A DNA stretch of 64,000 bases, from NCBI GenBank assembly GCA_965249725.1, contig CBDFMQ010000002.1, forward strand, positions 1,376,001 to 1,440,000, written 5' to 3'. The notes under the pieces were generated by a model. It saw only the letters and a list, made by a program, of their open reading frames with translations. It did not search any database and had not been told where the DNA came from. The stretch is from Longimicrobiales bacterium. GTDB taxonomy: Bacteria > Gemmatimonadota > Gemmatimonadetes > Longimicrobiales > Gaopeijiaceae. Shown in pieces: positions 51,901 to 62,393 of this stretch (positions within the stretch are counted from its first letter, which is position 1; the number at the start of each line of letters is the position of its first letter). Position numbers and translations under genes: made by a program.

Positions 51901-52880
51901 GAATCCCCCTCGGAGTCCGATCTGGCGTAGGCCCGGATGATGTCCTTCACCAGCCGGTGCCGGATCACGTCCATGTCGTCCAGATAGATCAACCGGATGC
52001 CGTCGATCCCACTCAAGATAGCCTCGATCTCGAGCAGTCCGGAATCCTCACGCCTGGGAAGGTCGATCTGCGTCTTGTCTCCAGTGATGACGACCTGCGA
52101 GTTCAAGCCCAGGCGCGTGAGGAACATCTTCATCTGCGCCGTCGTCGAATTCTGCGCTTCATCCAGGATGACGAACGCGTCGGAGAGCGTCCGGCCCCTC
52201 ATATAGGCCAACGGGGCAATCTCGATGGTCATGTCCTCGAGCGCACGCCTCACACGGTCTGTGGGCATCATGTCCTCGAGCGCGTCGTAGAGGGGTCGCA
52301 GATACGGATCGACCTTTTCCTGCATGTCGCCCGGGAGGAAACCGAGACTCTCCCCGGCCTCGACCGCTGGCCGAGCCAGGACGATGCGCTTAACCCGCTT
52401 CTTGTAGAGGGCGTCCACCGCGGCGGCCACAGCGAGGTAGGTCTTTCCGGTGCCCGCCGGACCGATGCCGATGACGATGTCGTTGTCCAGGATGGAGCTG
52501 AGGTAGCGCCGCTGCCCATCCGACTTGGGGCGGATGACTTTCCGGGTGCCTGGCAAGGCGATGCCAGTAGTATCCTCGGGATGCACGACTCCGTCTCCAC
52601 CGTTGGCAGCGAAACCCTCCGCGAAACGTGCGATGTCATTTGCGTCGAACGGAGCCCGCAATCGTGAGAGTTCGATGAGGTGCTGTACGACCGGAGCCGC
52701 CTGCTCGACGCCCGTGAGCTCCCCGGACAAAATGACGTGGTCGCCCCGCAGGACCAGACGAATGCCAAAGAGCTTCGACACCTCCTGCAGGTTGGTGTCG
52801 TTGACCCCGGTGAACAGGAGCGGGTCTACTCCTTCGGCGTCTAACCGATGTTCTACGATGCTACTCTGCCCAGACGTCAT
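51897..52880 (-). CDS. phoH: PhoH family ATPase
   Basis: GPAGTGKTYLA, RPAVEAGE, GFLPGD, AYMRGRTL and DEAQN. Confidence 0.95.
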   Translation of the reverse strand: MTSGQSSIVEHRLDAEGVDPLLFTGVNDTNLQEVSKLFGIRLVLRGDHVILSGELTGVEQAAPVVQHLIELSRLRAPFDANDIARFAEGFAANGGDGVVHPEDTTGIALPGTRKVIRPKSDGQRRYLSSILDNDIVIGIGPAGTGKTYLAVAAAVDALYKKRVKRIVLARPAVEAGESLGFLPGDMQEKVDPYLRPLYDALEDMMPTDRVRRALEDMTIEIAPLAYMRGRTLSDAFVILDEAQNSTTAQMKMFLTRLGLNSQVVITGDKTQIDLPRREDSGLLEIEAILSGIDGIRLIYLDDMDVIRHRLVKDIIRAYARSDSEGDS

Positions 52881-54697
52881 ACGGTGGAGTCCTCCTCTGC
52901 AACCGTTGGTATAATGCGCTCCGCCACCTGGAGTCCCAGGTCGGTCAGATCGGCGTCCGTTAGAGGCGAAGGAGCACCCTCGAAGAGCGCTCGCGCCGCC
53001 GTGGTCTTGGGGAACGCGATCACATCGCGGATGCTGTCGGCTCCGACGAACTGAGCCACGATGCGGTCCATTCCGAACGCGACTCCTCCGTGGGGGGGTG
53101 CACCGGAAGCGAGGGCACCCAAGAGGAATCCGAATTTCCGGTCGATCTCCTCGTCCTCGAGACCGAGGATCCGGAGGATCTGACGCTGCACCTCCGGATC
53201 GTGGTTTCTGAGGCTTCCCGAACCGAACTCGACTCCGTTGTAGACCAGATCGTACGCGAGCCCTCGCGTCGACATCGGGTCCGAATCGAGGAGTTCAAAG
53301 TCCTCGGGATGCGGCATCACGAACGGATGGTGGTTCGCGGCGGGTTCCCCGTCGGCACCCGGCTCGAACATCGGGAAGTCCACGACCCAGAGCCACGCGT
53401 GCTCCCGGTCCTTCTCGATGTCCAGAGCGTCGATGACCGCCGCCCTCGTGGCGGACAGTGCCGCCGACGTGACGCGGTCGTCTCCCGCGGCCGCCAACAC
53501 CAGGTCGCCCGACTCCATGCCGAGAGCTTGGAAGGCATCCTCATCCATGAATCGGGAAAGCGGGCCGGACCCACCCTCATCGCCCAGCTTGGCCCAAAGA
53601 AGCCCCGGGGCTCCCGCCGCCTTCGCGTGCGACTCGACGGCCTCGACCTCGCGCCTGGACAGACGTGCTCCTCCCTTCAGGAGCAGCCCACGGATGCGAC
53701 CACCGCTCTCTACCGCCGCGCTCAGTATGGCCGACTCGCCGCCACTCAGAACGTCGGTCCAGTCCTGGATCTCCAGCGAGTACCGAAGGTCGGGGCGGTC
53801 GATGCCGAAGCGCTCGAGCGCCTCGTGATGACTCATCCGCGGGAAGGGCGTCTCCGCCTCCATTCCGGGAGCCTCGGCTGCCAACGCCACCATCAGTCCC
53901 TCCATCCACCGCAAGATGTCGTCGGGCTCCACGAAGGAGGCCTCGACGTCGATCTGCGTGAACTCGGGCTGCCGGTCGGCCCTCGGATCCTCGTCGCGGA
54001 AGCAACGAGCGATCTGGAAATAGCGGTCGAACCCCGCCGCCATGCAGATCTGCTTGTAGATCTGCGGACTCTGAGGCAGGGCGTAGAACTCCCCCTGATG
54101 CACGCGGCTGGGCACCAAATAGTCCCTGGCCCCCTCGGGTGTGGGCTTGGTGAGGATGGGGGTCTCCACTTCGACGAATCCCAAGGCGTCCATGTAGTTC
54201 CGGCACGCCAGGATCAGTCGATGTCTGAGGCGGAGGTTGTTCTGGAGCTCGTCGCGGCGCAGATCGAGAACGCGATGCTTCAGCCGCAATTCCTCCGACG
54301 GTAGCTCGTCCTCGGGTGCTTGGTACACGGGAATCACGGGCACTTCGGCGTCGGTAAGACGATGCAGGGTCGTCGCCCGGATCTCCACGTCTCCGGTGGC
54401 CATGTCCGTGTTTCGGGCATCGGGTGGTCGGGTGACCACGGGACCCACCACGGTCACCACGTCCTCGGCGCCGATCCGGTGAGCCAATTCCAGCGAAGAC
54501 GCATCCGTCCAATCCGGCCCCAAGGAGACCTGAACCAGCCCGCTGTGGTCGCGGAGATCGATGAAGATCAATCCGCCGAGGTCCCGCCGGCGATGCACCC
54601 AACCCGCCAGCGTCAACTCGGTGCCTTCATCCTCGGCGCGAATGCCGCCGACCATTCGGGACCTGAGCGCCGTACGCTCGATATCGATATCCGTCAT
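52877..54697 (-). CDS. aspS: Aspartate--tRNA ligase
   Basis: GWVHRRRDLGG, PEGARDY, LPQSPQ, FRDED.RADRQPEFTQ and APPHGG; start set to ATG 54697. Confidence 0.96.
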   Translation of the reverse strand: MTDIDIERTALRSRMVGGIRAEDEGTELTLAGWVHRRRDLGGLIFIDLRDHSGLVQVSLGPDWTDASSLELAHRIGAEDVVTVVGPVVTRPPDARNTDMATGDVEIRATTLHRLTDAEVPVIPVYQAPEDELPSEELRLKHRVLDLRRDELQNNLRLRHRLILACRNYMDALGFVEVETPILTKPTPEGARDYLVPSRVHQGEFYALPQSPQIYKQICMAAGFDRYFQIARCFRDEDPRADRQPEFTQIDVEASFVEPDDILRWMEGLMVALAAEAPGMEAETPFPRMSHHEALERFGIDRPDLRYSLEIQDWTDVLSGGESAILSAAVESGGRIRGLLLKGGARLSRREVEAVESHAKAAGAPGLLWAKLGDEGGSGPLSRFMDEDAFQALGMESGDLVLAAAGDDRVTSAALSATRAAVIDALDIEKDREHAWLWVVDFPMFEPGADGEPAANHHPFVMPHPEDFELLDSDPMSTRGLAYDLVYNGVEFGSGSLRNHDPEVQRQILRILGLEDEEIDRKFGFLLGALASGAPPHGGVAFGMDRIVAQFVGADSIRDVIAFPKTTAARALFEGAPSPLTDADLTDLGLQVAERIIPTVAEEDSTV

Positions 54698-54699
54698 GT

Positions 54700-55095
54700 C
54701 TATACTGACGATGCTCTCGTTTCTTCGTCGATCGCCCCATCGCTCCGTCGCGTATAGGGCACGAATTTGGTGAAGAGTAGGCACCCCGCGAGGACCCCCG
54801 CGGCGTTGGCCAACCCGTCCATGAGTTCGGCCTCCCGGCCCGGTACCAATGTCTGATACGATTCGACCAGCACGCCATAGGCCACGCCCGCGAGAATCAG
54901 GGCCACTAGAGGCACGCCCGACCCCGTTCTGGCCCTTCCCCATGCGAGGGACAAGCCGAGAATCAGGTAGGCGCCGCCGTGAGCGAGCTTGTCCCACGAG
55001 CCCACCCCGACACTCGGCTCACTCCACGCACTCAACAAAAAGAGGACCGCCGCCCAAAGGGCAGCCGGCCCCCAACCGATGACCTTCTCGATCAT
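54700..55095 (-). CDS. VanZ family membrane protein
   Basis: DKLAH..Y..LG, YG..VE.YQ..VPGR and D..AN..G. Confidence 0.88.
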   Translation of the reverse strand: MIEKVIGWGPAALWAAVLFLLSAWSEPSVGVGSWDKLAHGGAYLILGLSLAWGRARTGSGVPLVALILAGVAYGVLVESYQTLVPGREAELMDGLANAAGVLAGCLLFTKFVPYTRRSDGAIDEETRASSV

Positions 55096-55267
55096 GGATT
55101 GTTCAGTGTTTGGAACAGCGGCCCGATCCTCCTCTCGATCGCGTCAGAATCGCCTGAAGTTTAACCCGGGCGTGGAGGCGATACAAGAAAATCCGACCCC
55201 CCGTTATCTTCCCCCTTGATCGCAGGAGCCGCCGCGCGAGGCACGTGGCGTAGCGTCCCAACCGGTA

Positions 55268-56389
55268 GTGACCATGCACGCTGACAAGACCGACCTGCTC
55301 GGGCTCACACCCGAGCAACTCGACGTGGCCCTGGAGGCACATTTCGCCGCCCGGGGCCAACCGTCGTACCGGGCCGAGCAGGTCAGGCGTTGGATCCTCG
55401 ACGAATGCGTCGAGACCATCGACGGCATGACCAATCTGCCCGTGGAGGAGCGCTCTGCCCTCGCGGCGTCGTTCTTCCTGGGTGAGGCGGTGGCGGATAC
55501 GGTCTCCCGGTCCTCGGACGGCACCGTAAAGCACCTGTGGCAGCTCGCGGACGGCGAGCTGATCGAGTCGGTTCTGATTCCGGCCACCGACCGGCTCACC
55601 CTCTGCATCTCGTCCCAAGCCGGCTGCGCCATGGGATGCACCTTCTGTGCAACCGGTTGGGCCGGCTTCCGACGGCAGCTGACCGCGGGTGAGATCGTCT
55701 CACAGTACCGGGCATCCCGCCGATGGGCGGAGGAGAACGACTACGGCCGCATCACCAACGTCGTCTACATGGGGATGGGCGAACCCATGAGCAACCGGAA
55801 GGCCCTGCATCCCTCGCTGACCATCCTTCACCAAGGGTATGGGCTGGGCGCCCGTCGAATCACGGTGTCCACGGTGGGGGTCGTACCCGGCATCGTCGAG
55901 CTGGCCGAACGTAAGGAGCAGTTCCGACTCGCCGTCTCCCTTCATTCGCCCGAATCCGAATCACGGCAAGAACTCATTCCCCTGGAGAAGCGCCACCCGC
56001 TTCCCGAACTGATCGGAGCTCTCCGCCTCTTCAACAAAGCCGGGGGGCCCAGGATCACGTTCGAGTACACGATGATCCGGGGGATCAACGACGCGCAGAG
56101 CTTCGCCCCGAAGCTGGCCGAACTCGCCTATTCCCTCGATGCCTTCGTGAACCTCATCCCCTTCAACCCGATTCCTTACCAGGATTGGAAAGCGAGCACC
56201 GGGGAGCGCATCGAGGAGTTCAGGTCGGTTCTCGAGCAGCGGGGTGTGGACGTGGCGGTTCGGGTGCCCCGAGGGCGTGACATCGACGCCGCGTGCGGAC
56301 AACTGCGTGCGAGCGCCTGGGTAGAGCTTCAGGCGAGCAAGGGTGGCGCCACCGCGGAGCAGGAGAGCGAAGCCACCGCCGAAGGCTGA
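55268..56389 (+). CDS. rlmN: Dual-specificity RNA methyltransferase RlmN
   Basis: CISSQAGCAMGCTFC, MGMGEP, VSLH, NLIPFN and DIDAACGQL. Confidence 0.96.
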   Translation: MTMHADKTDLLGLTPEQLDVALEAHFAARGQPSYRAEQVRRWILDECVETIDGMTNLPVEERSALAASFFLGEAVADTVSRSSDGTVKHLWQLADGELIESVLIPATDRLTLCISSQAGCAMGCTFCATGWAGFRRQLTAGEIVSQYRASRRWAEENDYGRITNVVYMGMGEPMSNRKALHPSLTILHQGYGLGARRITVSTVGVVPGIVELAERKEQFRLAVSLHSPESESRQELIPLEKRHPLPELIGALRLFNKAGGPRITFEYTMIRGINDAQSFAPKLAELAYSLDAFVNLIPFNPIPYQDWKASTGERIEEFRSVLEQRGVDVAVRVPRGRDIDAACGQLRASAWVELQASKGGATAEQESEATAEG

Positions 56390-56415
56390 GTGGCCCGGTC
56401 CGGTCGGTGTCGCCC

Positions 56416-57183
56416 TCAGCGAATGCGGGAAAAGATCCGGCTCCCACGCACCTCGCGGATCCAGGGGAAGGGCCTCAGCGAGCCCTTGTTATAGGAGAAG
56501 TAAATGAAGGAGGTGCGCCCCTCGAGTCGCCACCCCTCCAGAAGGCCCCAATAGCGCGAGTCGAGGCTGGTGTCACGGTTGTCCCCCAACATGAAGTAGC
56601 GATCGTCGGGAATGACCAGTGGGCCCCAGTTGTCTCTCGTCGGACGATAGGTGGGCCGGTCGACCGTATCCTTCAGGTACTGTGATTGCCAAGCCATCCA
56701 CGGGTGAGGGAGGTCACCCTCGGGGTCCATATGCTTCACGAAAGGCTCGTCCTGGGGTTCTCCGTTGAGCACGAGTACGCTCTCACGCATCTCCACGGTA
56801 TCACCCGGCATGCCGATGAGGCGTTTGACGAGCTTGAGATCGGGCTCATGGGGCGGGTCGAAGACGATGACGTCACCTCTCCGCACCGACGAGTATCCGG
56901 GAATCCGAATCTGTGTACCCGGAATGCGAGCGCCGACGGCGGCCCGATTCGCCAGCAGAAAGTCGCCGACGAGAAGCGCATCCTCCATCGATCCGGACGT
57001 GATCACGAAGGTCTGTAGAAGGAAGGTCCGGATCAGGACGAAGAGCAAGGCGGCGATGGCCAGGGATTTGACCCATTCGACCAACGCGTTCTCTTCCGAC
57101 TCCTCCTCGGCTGCCTTGGCCCGGCCGTCGCCCTCGGCGTCTGCACGCGCCTTGCGGTTCTTACGTTGGCTCTTCTTGGCCAT
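56416..57183 (-). CDS. lepB: Signal peptidase I
   Basis: SGSM, LVKRLIGMPGD and YFMLGDNRDTSLDSRYWG. Confidence 0.95.
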   Translation of the reverse strand: MAKKSQRKNRKARADAEGDGRAKAAEEESEENALVEWVKSLAIAALLFVLIRTFLLQTFVITSGSMEDALLVGDFLLANRAAVGARIPGTQIRIPGYSSVRRGDVIVFDPPHEPDLKLVKRLIGMPGDTVEMRESVLVLNGEPQDEPFVKHMDPEGDLPHPWMAWQSQYLKDTVDRPTYRPTRDNWGPLVIPDDRYFMLGDNRDTSLDSRYWGLLEGWRLEGRTSFIYFSYNKGSLRPFPWIREVRGSRIFSRIR

Positions 57184-57206
57184 ACCCAGTCCGGATCAAC
57201 CCTCGA

Positions 57207-57698
57207 TCAGCGGAGGTGTTTGCGGAGGTCCCACCACGGAACCTCATCGCCGGGAACGTCGCCGCTATCCAAGGTCTCCGGAGTCCACTCCCTGCCCAGC
57301 AATACGGTCACATCCAGATAAAGGTTCGAATCGGGCTCACTCAGGATGGACGTAGCACCCATGACGTCGCCCACAGCCCGAGCCGCTTCGAGCCGACCCG
57401 AGCGGTCCAGGACCACCGTGGCATCCTGGTCGAAGGTCTCGGCGTTTCCGAAGTAGACCACATCGAACCCTTGATCGCGCAGTCGGTCGGTGGCCAGGCG
57501 CGCCATCCCCGATTCGCCTCCCGCGTTGAGCACCTCCACTCTGATCCGACCCATCGTATTCGTCGTCGGATTGCGAGGAGGAGCGATGGAGCGCTCCTGC
57601 TCGGGAAGCGGCTTCCACTGCGAAATCGCCGAACCGATGAAGACACCGGTCGCCAAGACGACACCCAGGAGCATCAGACCTCTGACGCGCTCGCCCAT
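57207..57698 (-). CDS. LytR C-terminal domain protein
   Basis: N-terminal TM, VEVLNAGG..G.A, GFDV..GNA and DVTVLLG. Confidence 0.85.
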   Translation of the reverse strand: MGERVRGLMLLGVVLATGVFIGSAISQWKPLPEQERSIAPPRNPTTNTMGRIRVEVLNAGGESGMARLATDRLRDQGFDVVYFGNAETFDQDATVVLDRSGRLEAARAVGDVMGATSILSEPDSNLYLDVTVLLGREWTPETLDSGDVPGDEVPWWDLRKHLR

Positions 57699-58288
57699 GC
57701 CCTTCCTTTCACCATGACGTTCCAGAAGCCTATCGTTTCAGGTCGAACCGGTCTGCCTTTGTCCATCAGATGCCCCATGCGCAGCCTCAAGATCCCGCGC
57801 ACCACCTCGTCCAGGTCCTCCGGCATCCGTTTCCGCATTTCCTGACGCCACCTGGGGCGGTACTTCCGGCCCGGCTCGAGGAAATCGGCCGCATAGAGCG
57901 CCTTCCCCATGTCATCGAACTCGGGACTGCCCAAGGTGTGATATGCGACGGCGGTCAGGAGGGGCTGGTCCTTCACCCCTGCCTCGTGCAGCCGGACCGC
58001 GGCGGCGGGCCCGTGAAGAACGGACCCGTTCAGATCGGCCAGGGATCCGGACACGACCCGACGCAGCGTCTTCGCCTTCGCGTCTCGCATCATGTCATGA
58101 AGATAACCCAGCGCCGTCCAACGCTGGACGTCACGCTTCGACTCGCCGCGAGCCCTCGACCACTTGTTCAGGAGCTTGGCCACCCGCACCATGTGCTCCC
58201 GTCGCTTTGCGCCGGCGACGGTCCACTTGGGCAGCTCGCCGACGGCTGCCGCAACTACCAGGGGGTGGAGCTTTGCGCGTCCGCTCAT
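57674..58288 (-). CDS. yqeK: HD-domain Ap4A hydrolase YqeK-like
   Basis: H..RV, LHD, LHGPAAA, YHTLG and YAADFLEPGR. Confidence 0.8.
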   Translation of the reverse strand: MSGRAKLHPLVVAAAVGELPKWTVAGAKRREHMVRVAKLLNKWSRARGESKRDVQRWTALGYLHDMMRDAKAKTLRRVVSGSLADLNGSVLHGPAAAVRLHEAGVKDQPLLTAVAYHTLGSPEFDDMGKALYAADFLEPGRKYRPRWRQEMRKRMPEDLDEVVRGILRLRMGHLMDKGRPVRPETIGFWNVMVKGRAWASASEV

Positions 58289-58455
58289 ACCGTCGCGGAC
58301 GCCTTGTTCGGCACGAGTTCGCGGGACACGAAGAGGATACGCTCATCCTGAGTGGGAGGCTGATCCGATGGCTGTCGGCGGCAAGCTAGTGGCGCATCGG
58401 CGAATCGGCCAGTGGCCCGTAACGGCCGCCATCGCATACCTGCTATCTTGACGCT

Positions 58456-60129
58456 ATGACCATGCGATGGGACCCCGTCCTTACGGCCGCTGTGGCCCGG
58501 GAGTTGGACGACGCACTCTCCGGTGAGCGGCTCAACGCGATCTTCTTGGACCGCGGCGCGGGCACGCTGCACGCATATTTTCGGGGTGCCACGCTCCTAG
58601 CGGACCTCGATCCCTCTCGAGTCGGAGTCGAGATCTTGGAAGCGGCCGAGCCCCCCGAAGGATCGAGACCCTTTGCCTGCCGCCTGTCCGCTGTGGAAGC
58701 ACTTCCCGACGAACGCATCCTCGTATTCGTGCTGCCCAGGATACGAGGCCGTGGAGGGGTCGTCAGGATCGTCCTCGAGCTCGTGCCGAACCGGGGGAAT
58801 GCCACTGTGGTCGAAGGGGACGAGTGGACCGTCCGGCACGTGTTGACCGACCGGGGTGGGGCTCGAACGCCGGAGGTGGGCCACCCCTACCCCCTGCCTG
58901 CCCAGACCCGCCTCGGACTCGAGTCACCCATCACCCCAGTCGAGTGGCGCCGTCTCTGGGAGGACCAGGAGCCGAAGGCCCACCGAGGGGCCCTGCTACG
59001 CAACGTTGCGCTCGCGTCCCCGGTCAACGCCGCCGCGCTGCTGGGAACCACGATCGGCGAGCGAAACGACGAGGGCCAAGGCGAGGACGTCGAGGCGGCT
59101 CTCACCGCCGGTCGCGAATTCTGGATGCGCCTGCGCGGTATCGCCCTCGGTGACACCTCAGCCGAGCCCGAGGTGCTTGAATGTCCCTGGGGCCCGCAGC
59201 CGTATCCCTCTTCGCTGCCCGGGCACACCTGCCGAGAAGCGCCCTCATTGCTGGAGGCGATCCGAGACGTCAGGAGCATCGCCGGCACCGTCACGGGGCT
59301 GGTCCCGTCCGGGTTGATCGTCACGCTCGAAGACGCCCTCTCCCACGTCAGCAAGCGCACCGCCAAGCTCCGAGCAGAACTCGAGCGCGCCCCCGACCCT
59401 CAGATGCTCAGAGGCATCGGAGACCTGATCCTGGCCCACCTCAAGCGGGTGCCGAGGGGCGAGTCCGAGGTATCGCTCCCCGGATTCGATGGTGAGGAGA
59501 CGACCATAGCCCTGGATCCGGCCCTGGCCGCGCAGGACAATGCTGCGCGCTACTACGACCGTGCCGGACGCGCCGAACGAGCGAGGGTACAGTTGCCCAA
59601 CCTCATCCGTGAGAGCCAGGAGAAAGAGGCGGCGCTGGCGGACCTCGCGGATCGGGTCCGAGCTGGAACCGCAGGCGAGGAAGAAATCCGCATGGCCCTT
59701 CCGGAAAGCGAGCTGAGAACACGGACACCGCAGGGAGAGGCACTCCCGAGCCTTCCCTATCGTGCCTACCGGACGTCGGGAGGGCTGGAGGTCCGAGTGG
59801 GACGAGGGTCGGGCGCGAACGACGACCTGACCTTCCGACACTCCAAGCCCGATGACATTTGGCTTCACGCCCGGGATTCAGCCGGAGCCCACGTCATCTT
59901 GAGGTGGGACGGGAAGGAGGCGCCCCCGGCACGCGACCTCTACGAGGCAGCGGTGCTGGCTGCCGTGAACTCCAAGGCGCGGACCTCGGGCAGCGTGCCC
60001 GTCGATTGGACGCACAGGAAACATGTTCGGAAGCCGAGGAAGTCCGCTCCCGGCAGTGTGATCCCCGACCGCGTAAAGACCCTCTTCGTCGAACCCGACG
60101 AGACGCTACCGGACCGCCTCAGCGAGTAG
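58456..60129 (+). CDS. rqcH: NFACT family ribosome quality-control protein (RqcH/FbpA-like)
   Basis: IALDP...DNAARYY, VGR...NDDLT, WLHARDSAGAHV and VDWT..KHVRKP. Confidence 0.88.
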   Translation: MTMRWDPVLTAAVARELDDALSGERLNAIFLDRGAGTLHAYFRGATLLADLDPSRVGVEILEAAEPPEGSRPFACRLSAVEALPDERILVFVLPRIRGRGGVVRIVLELVPNRGNATVVEGDEWTVRHVLTDRGGARTPEVGHPYPLPAQTRLGLESPITPVEWRRLWEDQEPKAHRGALLRNVALASPVNAAALLGTTIGERNDEGQGEDVEAALTAGREFWMRLRGIALGDTSAEPEVLECPWGPQPYPSSLPGHTCREAPSLLEAIRDVRSIAGTVTGLVPSGLIVTLEDALSHVSKRTAKLRAELERAPDPQMLRGIGDLILAHLKRVPRGESEVSLPGFDGEETTIALDPALAAQDNAARYYDRAGRAERARVQLPNLIRESQEKEAALADLADRVRAGTAGEEEIRMALPESELRTRTPQGEALPSLPYRAYRTSGGLEVRVGRGSGANDDLTFRHSKPDDIWLHARDSAGAHVILRWDGKEAPPARDLYEAAVLAAVNSKARTSGSVPVDWTHRKHVRKPRKSAPGSVIPDRVKTLFVEPDETLPDRLSE

Positions 60130-60146
60130 AGACGCCCCCGCCGACC

Positions 60147-60959
60147 TCAGGGAAGAGGGCCGGCGCCCTCGTCCATTGCGGTACGCAGCGACGCGAGAAA
60201 GACGCTCGCTTCGGCGGCCCCTCCGCTGTCCAACGCCTTGATCAAAGCGCTCCCGACCACGACCCCATCGGCGACTCCGGCCACCACAGCCGCCTGCTCG
60301 GGCGTCGAGATCCCGAAACCGACCGCGACGGGCAGGTCCACCTGGTTCCTCAGGGTGCGAACCTCGGCGCCGAGGCCGTCGCTCAGGCTCGCTCGCGCGC
60401 CGGTCACTCCGGTGCGGGAGATATAGTAGAGGAACCCCTGCCCGCTCTGAGCCACCGCGGCGACCCGGTCGGAACAGGTGGTCGGGGCGATGAGTCGGAT
60501 CAGGTCCAGCGGCGAATCGAGGATGGCCTCTTCCGCCGCCGGATCGGAACCCGTGGGCACATCCGTCAGGAGAAGCCCCTGAGCTCCGGCCTCCACCGCG
60601 TCATTCAGGAAGGACTCGAGCCCGTACCGCAAAAGCGGATTCACGTAGCTGAAGAGGACGACAGGCACGTCGGACGTCGCACGGAAAGAGGAAAGGACTT
60701 CGAGGGTCCCGGCCACGGTCATGCCACCCTCGAGGGCCCTGTGCGTGGAGGCCTGAATGGTGGGTCCGTCGGCGAGTGGATCGCTGAACGGAACGCCCAG
60801 CTCGAGAACGTCACCGCCCGCTTCCGCCATGGCTCCGAGCACATCCACGCTCGCCTCGGGCGAAGGAAAGCCGCACGTGACATAGGGCACGAGGGCACTC
60901 CTTCCCTCCGCCTGACGCACCCTGAACCGCTCTGCGATCCCCTCTCCTCCCGGACTCAA
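60147..60959 (-). CDS. trpA: Tryptophan synthase alpha chain
   Basis: ELGVPFSDPLADGPTIQ, YVNP, LIAPTT, GVTG, VGFGIS and GVVVGSA. Confidence 0.95.
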   Translation of the reverse strand: MSPGGEGIAERFRVRQAEGRSALVPYVTCGFPSPEASVDVLGAMAEAGGDVLELGVPFSDPLADGPTIQASTHRALEGGMTVAGTLEVLSSFRATSDVPVVLFSYVNPLLRYGLESFLNDAVEAGAQGLLLTDVPTGSDPAAEEAILDSPLDLIRLIAPTTCSDRVAAVAQSGQGFLYYISRTGVTGARASLSDGLGAEVRTLRNQVDLPVAVGFGISTPEQAAVVAGVADGVVVGSALIKALDSGGAAEASVFLASLRTAMDEGAGPLP

Positions 60960-60983
60960 CGCCGCCGCCCCGGGGGGTGATGA

Positions 60984-62393
60984 TCACATGAGATAGTCGC
61001 TGACACGGATTCCGTACTTCTGGGGGTTGGTGGTCTTGATGATGGCGCGGTCGTCGAGCGCCAGATCTACCGGGAGCGGCGTCGCCAGTGGCACCGCCAT
61101 TTCATCGGAGATGATCTTCACCAAGGGCTCGTGAAGGTGGGAGACATCAGGGTTGACCTTGGAGACGACTGCAAGCTCGAGCGTGTCGAGTACCACGAGC
61201 GTACCGACCGGATAGACCCCGGTAGCGTTGATGAACGTCTTCACGATCAACTGGTCGAAGCCGCGCCGAGGGTTGTCCCTCATCTCCTTCAGTACCTCGT
61301 CGGGCGGCCACGGCTCGTACTGATAGCTCCGCACCGACGTGCCCGCGTCGAAGCCGTCGGCCACGGCCACGATGCGCGAGAAGAGCCCGGGCTTCCGTGG
61401 GCGAGTGTTCTCGGGGTAACCGGACAGATCGATCTTCATGTGATGCTCGTACGCCATGAGCATCTGACGGAAAGGCACGTCGGCAAAGCCACTCATTCCG
61501 AAGAGCAGAAGTAGCCCCTCGGTGGGATGCTGTTTCAGTGAGTCCCACTCCTCATCCGTGAGTCCCCCGGCCTTGTTGATGATCTCGCTGTCCACGTTCA
61601 TCTTGCCGATGTCGTGGAAGAGCGCCCCGAGGCCGAGCTCGTAAAGCTGCAGTTTGGTGAGGCCCAGCCGCTGCCCGATGACCACGCTGAAGATGCAGAC
61701 GTTCACCGAGTGCGTGAACGTGTACTCGTCGAAGCCCCGCAGCGTGGTCATGGTCATCATAGAGTCCTCGTTGTCGAGCACCTGATCCACGATTCCCTGA
61801 ACCGCCCGCTTGACCTTCCGAACGTTTACGGCCTTCCCCAGACGCATGTCGGTAAGCGCATCTTTGGCGACGTTCACCGACTGCGCATAGGTGCCCTTGG
61901 CTGCCGCCATGTCGTCGCGCTGGACCACCTCGTGCTCGGGGGCCATCGTCTCGGCACGTACCTCGATGTGCGCCACCGGTGTCTGCGAGAGCCTCTGCAC
62001 GAACGCCTCGAAGGGCGCCTCCTCCTTGGGATCACGGATCAGCACCGACAAGAACGGTGCCCACTCGGACCGTTTCACGTTGCCGTCGATCACGAGCTCG
62101 CCGATGCCGTGTCCCGTCAGACCCGACGAGAAGCTCCCGAAGGTGGAGAAATTCGAGAGGTCCAGGCGCAGCCTCGTCTCGTTGATGAAGAAGAAGTCCC
62201 CGACCAGTTGTAGCTGGAACGCACCTTCGTGCTTCAGGAACTCCTCCATCTGGGCATGGAGGTCATCGACGGCCTGCTGGACCTGCTGGTTCTCGACCGG
62301 ATAGAGCTTGAGCGATCGGAGGGTCACGTAGAGCGCCGTTAGGAGTTTGCTACCGAGCTCCTGAACGAGAGCGGTGCCGTCATCTTGGCTCAT
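60984..62393 (-). CDS. HD-GYP domain phosphodiesterase with N-terminal helical domain
   Basis: DEYTFTHSVNV, HDIGK, QHP, EHH....SGYP, VADGFDA and GVYPVG. Confidence 0.85.
   Translation of the reverse strand: MSQDDGTALVQELGSKLLTALYVTLRSLKLYPVENQQVQQAVDDLHAQMEEFLKHEGAFQLQLVGDFFFINETRLRLDLSNFSTFGSFSSGLTGHGIGELVIDGNVKRSEWAPFLSVLIRDPKEEAPFEAFVQRLSQTPVAHIEVRAETMAPEHEVVQRDDMAAAKGTYAQSVNVAKDALTDMRLGKAVNVRKVKRAVQGIVDQVLDNEDSMMTMTTLRGFDEYTFTHSVNVCIFSVVIGQRLGLTKLQLYELGLGALFHDIGKMNVDSEIINKAGGLTDEEWDSLKQHPTEGLLLLFGMSGFADVPFRQMLMAYEHHMKIDLSGYPENTRPRKPGLFSRIVAVADGFDAGTSVRSYQYEPWPPDEVLKEMRDNPRRGFDQLIVKTFINATGVYPVGTLVVLDTLELAVVSKVNPDVSHLHEPLVKIISDEMAVPLATPLPVDLALDDRAIIKTTNPQKYGIRVSDYLM

Noticed and set aside
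52877..54697. Calling AspRS discriminating from the RRDLGG motif
   Set aside because: That residue alone is not a reliable discriminator.
54698..54997. N-terminal extension of AspRS in the ORF track
   Set aside because: It overlaps the VanZ gene; AspRS homology starts at ATG 54697.
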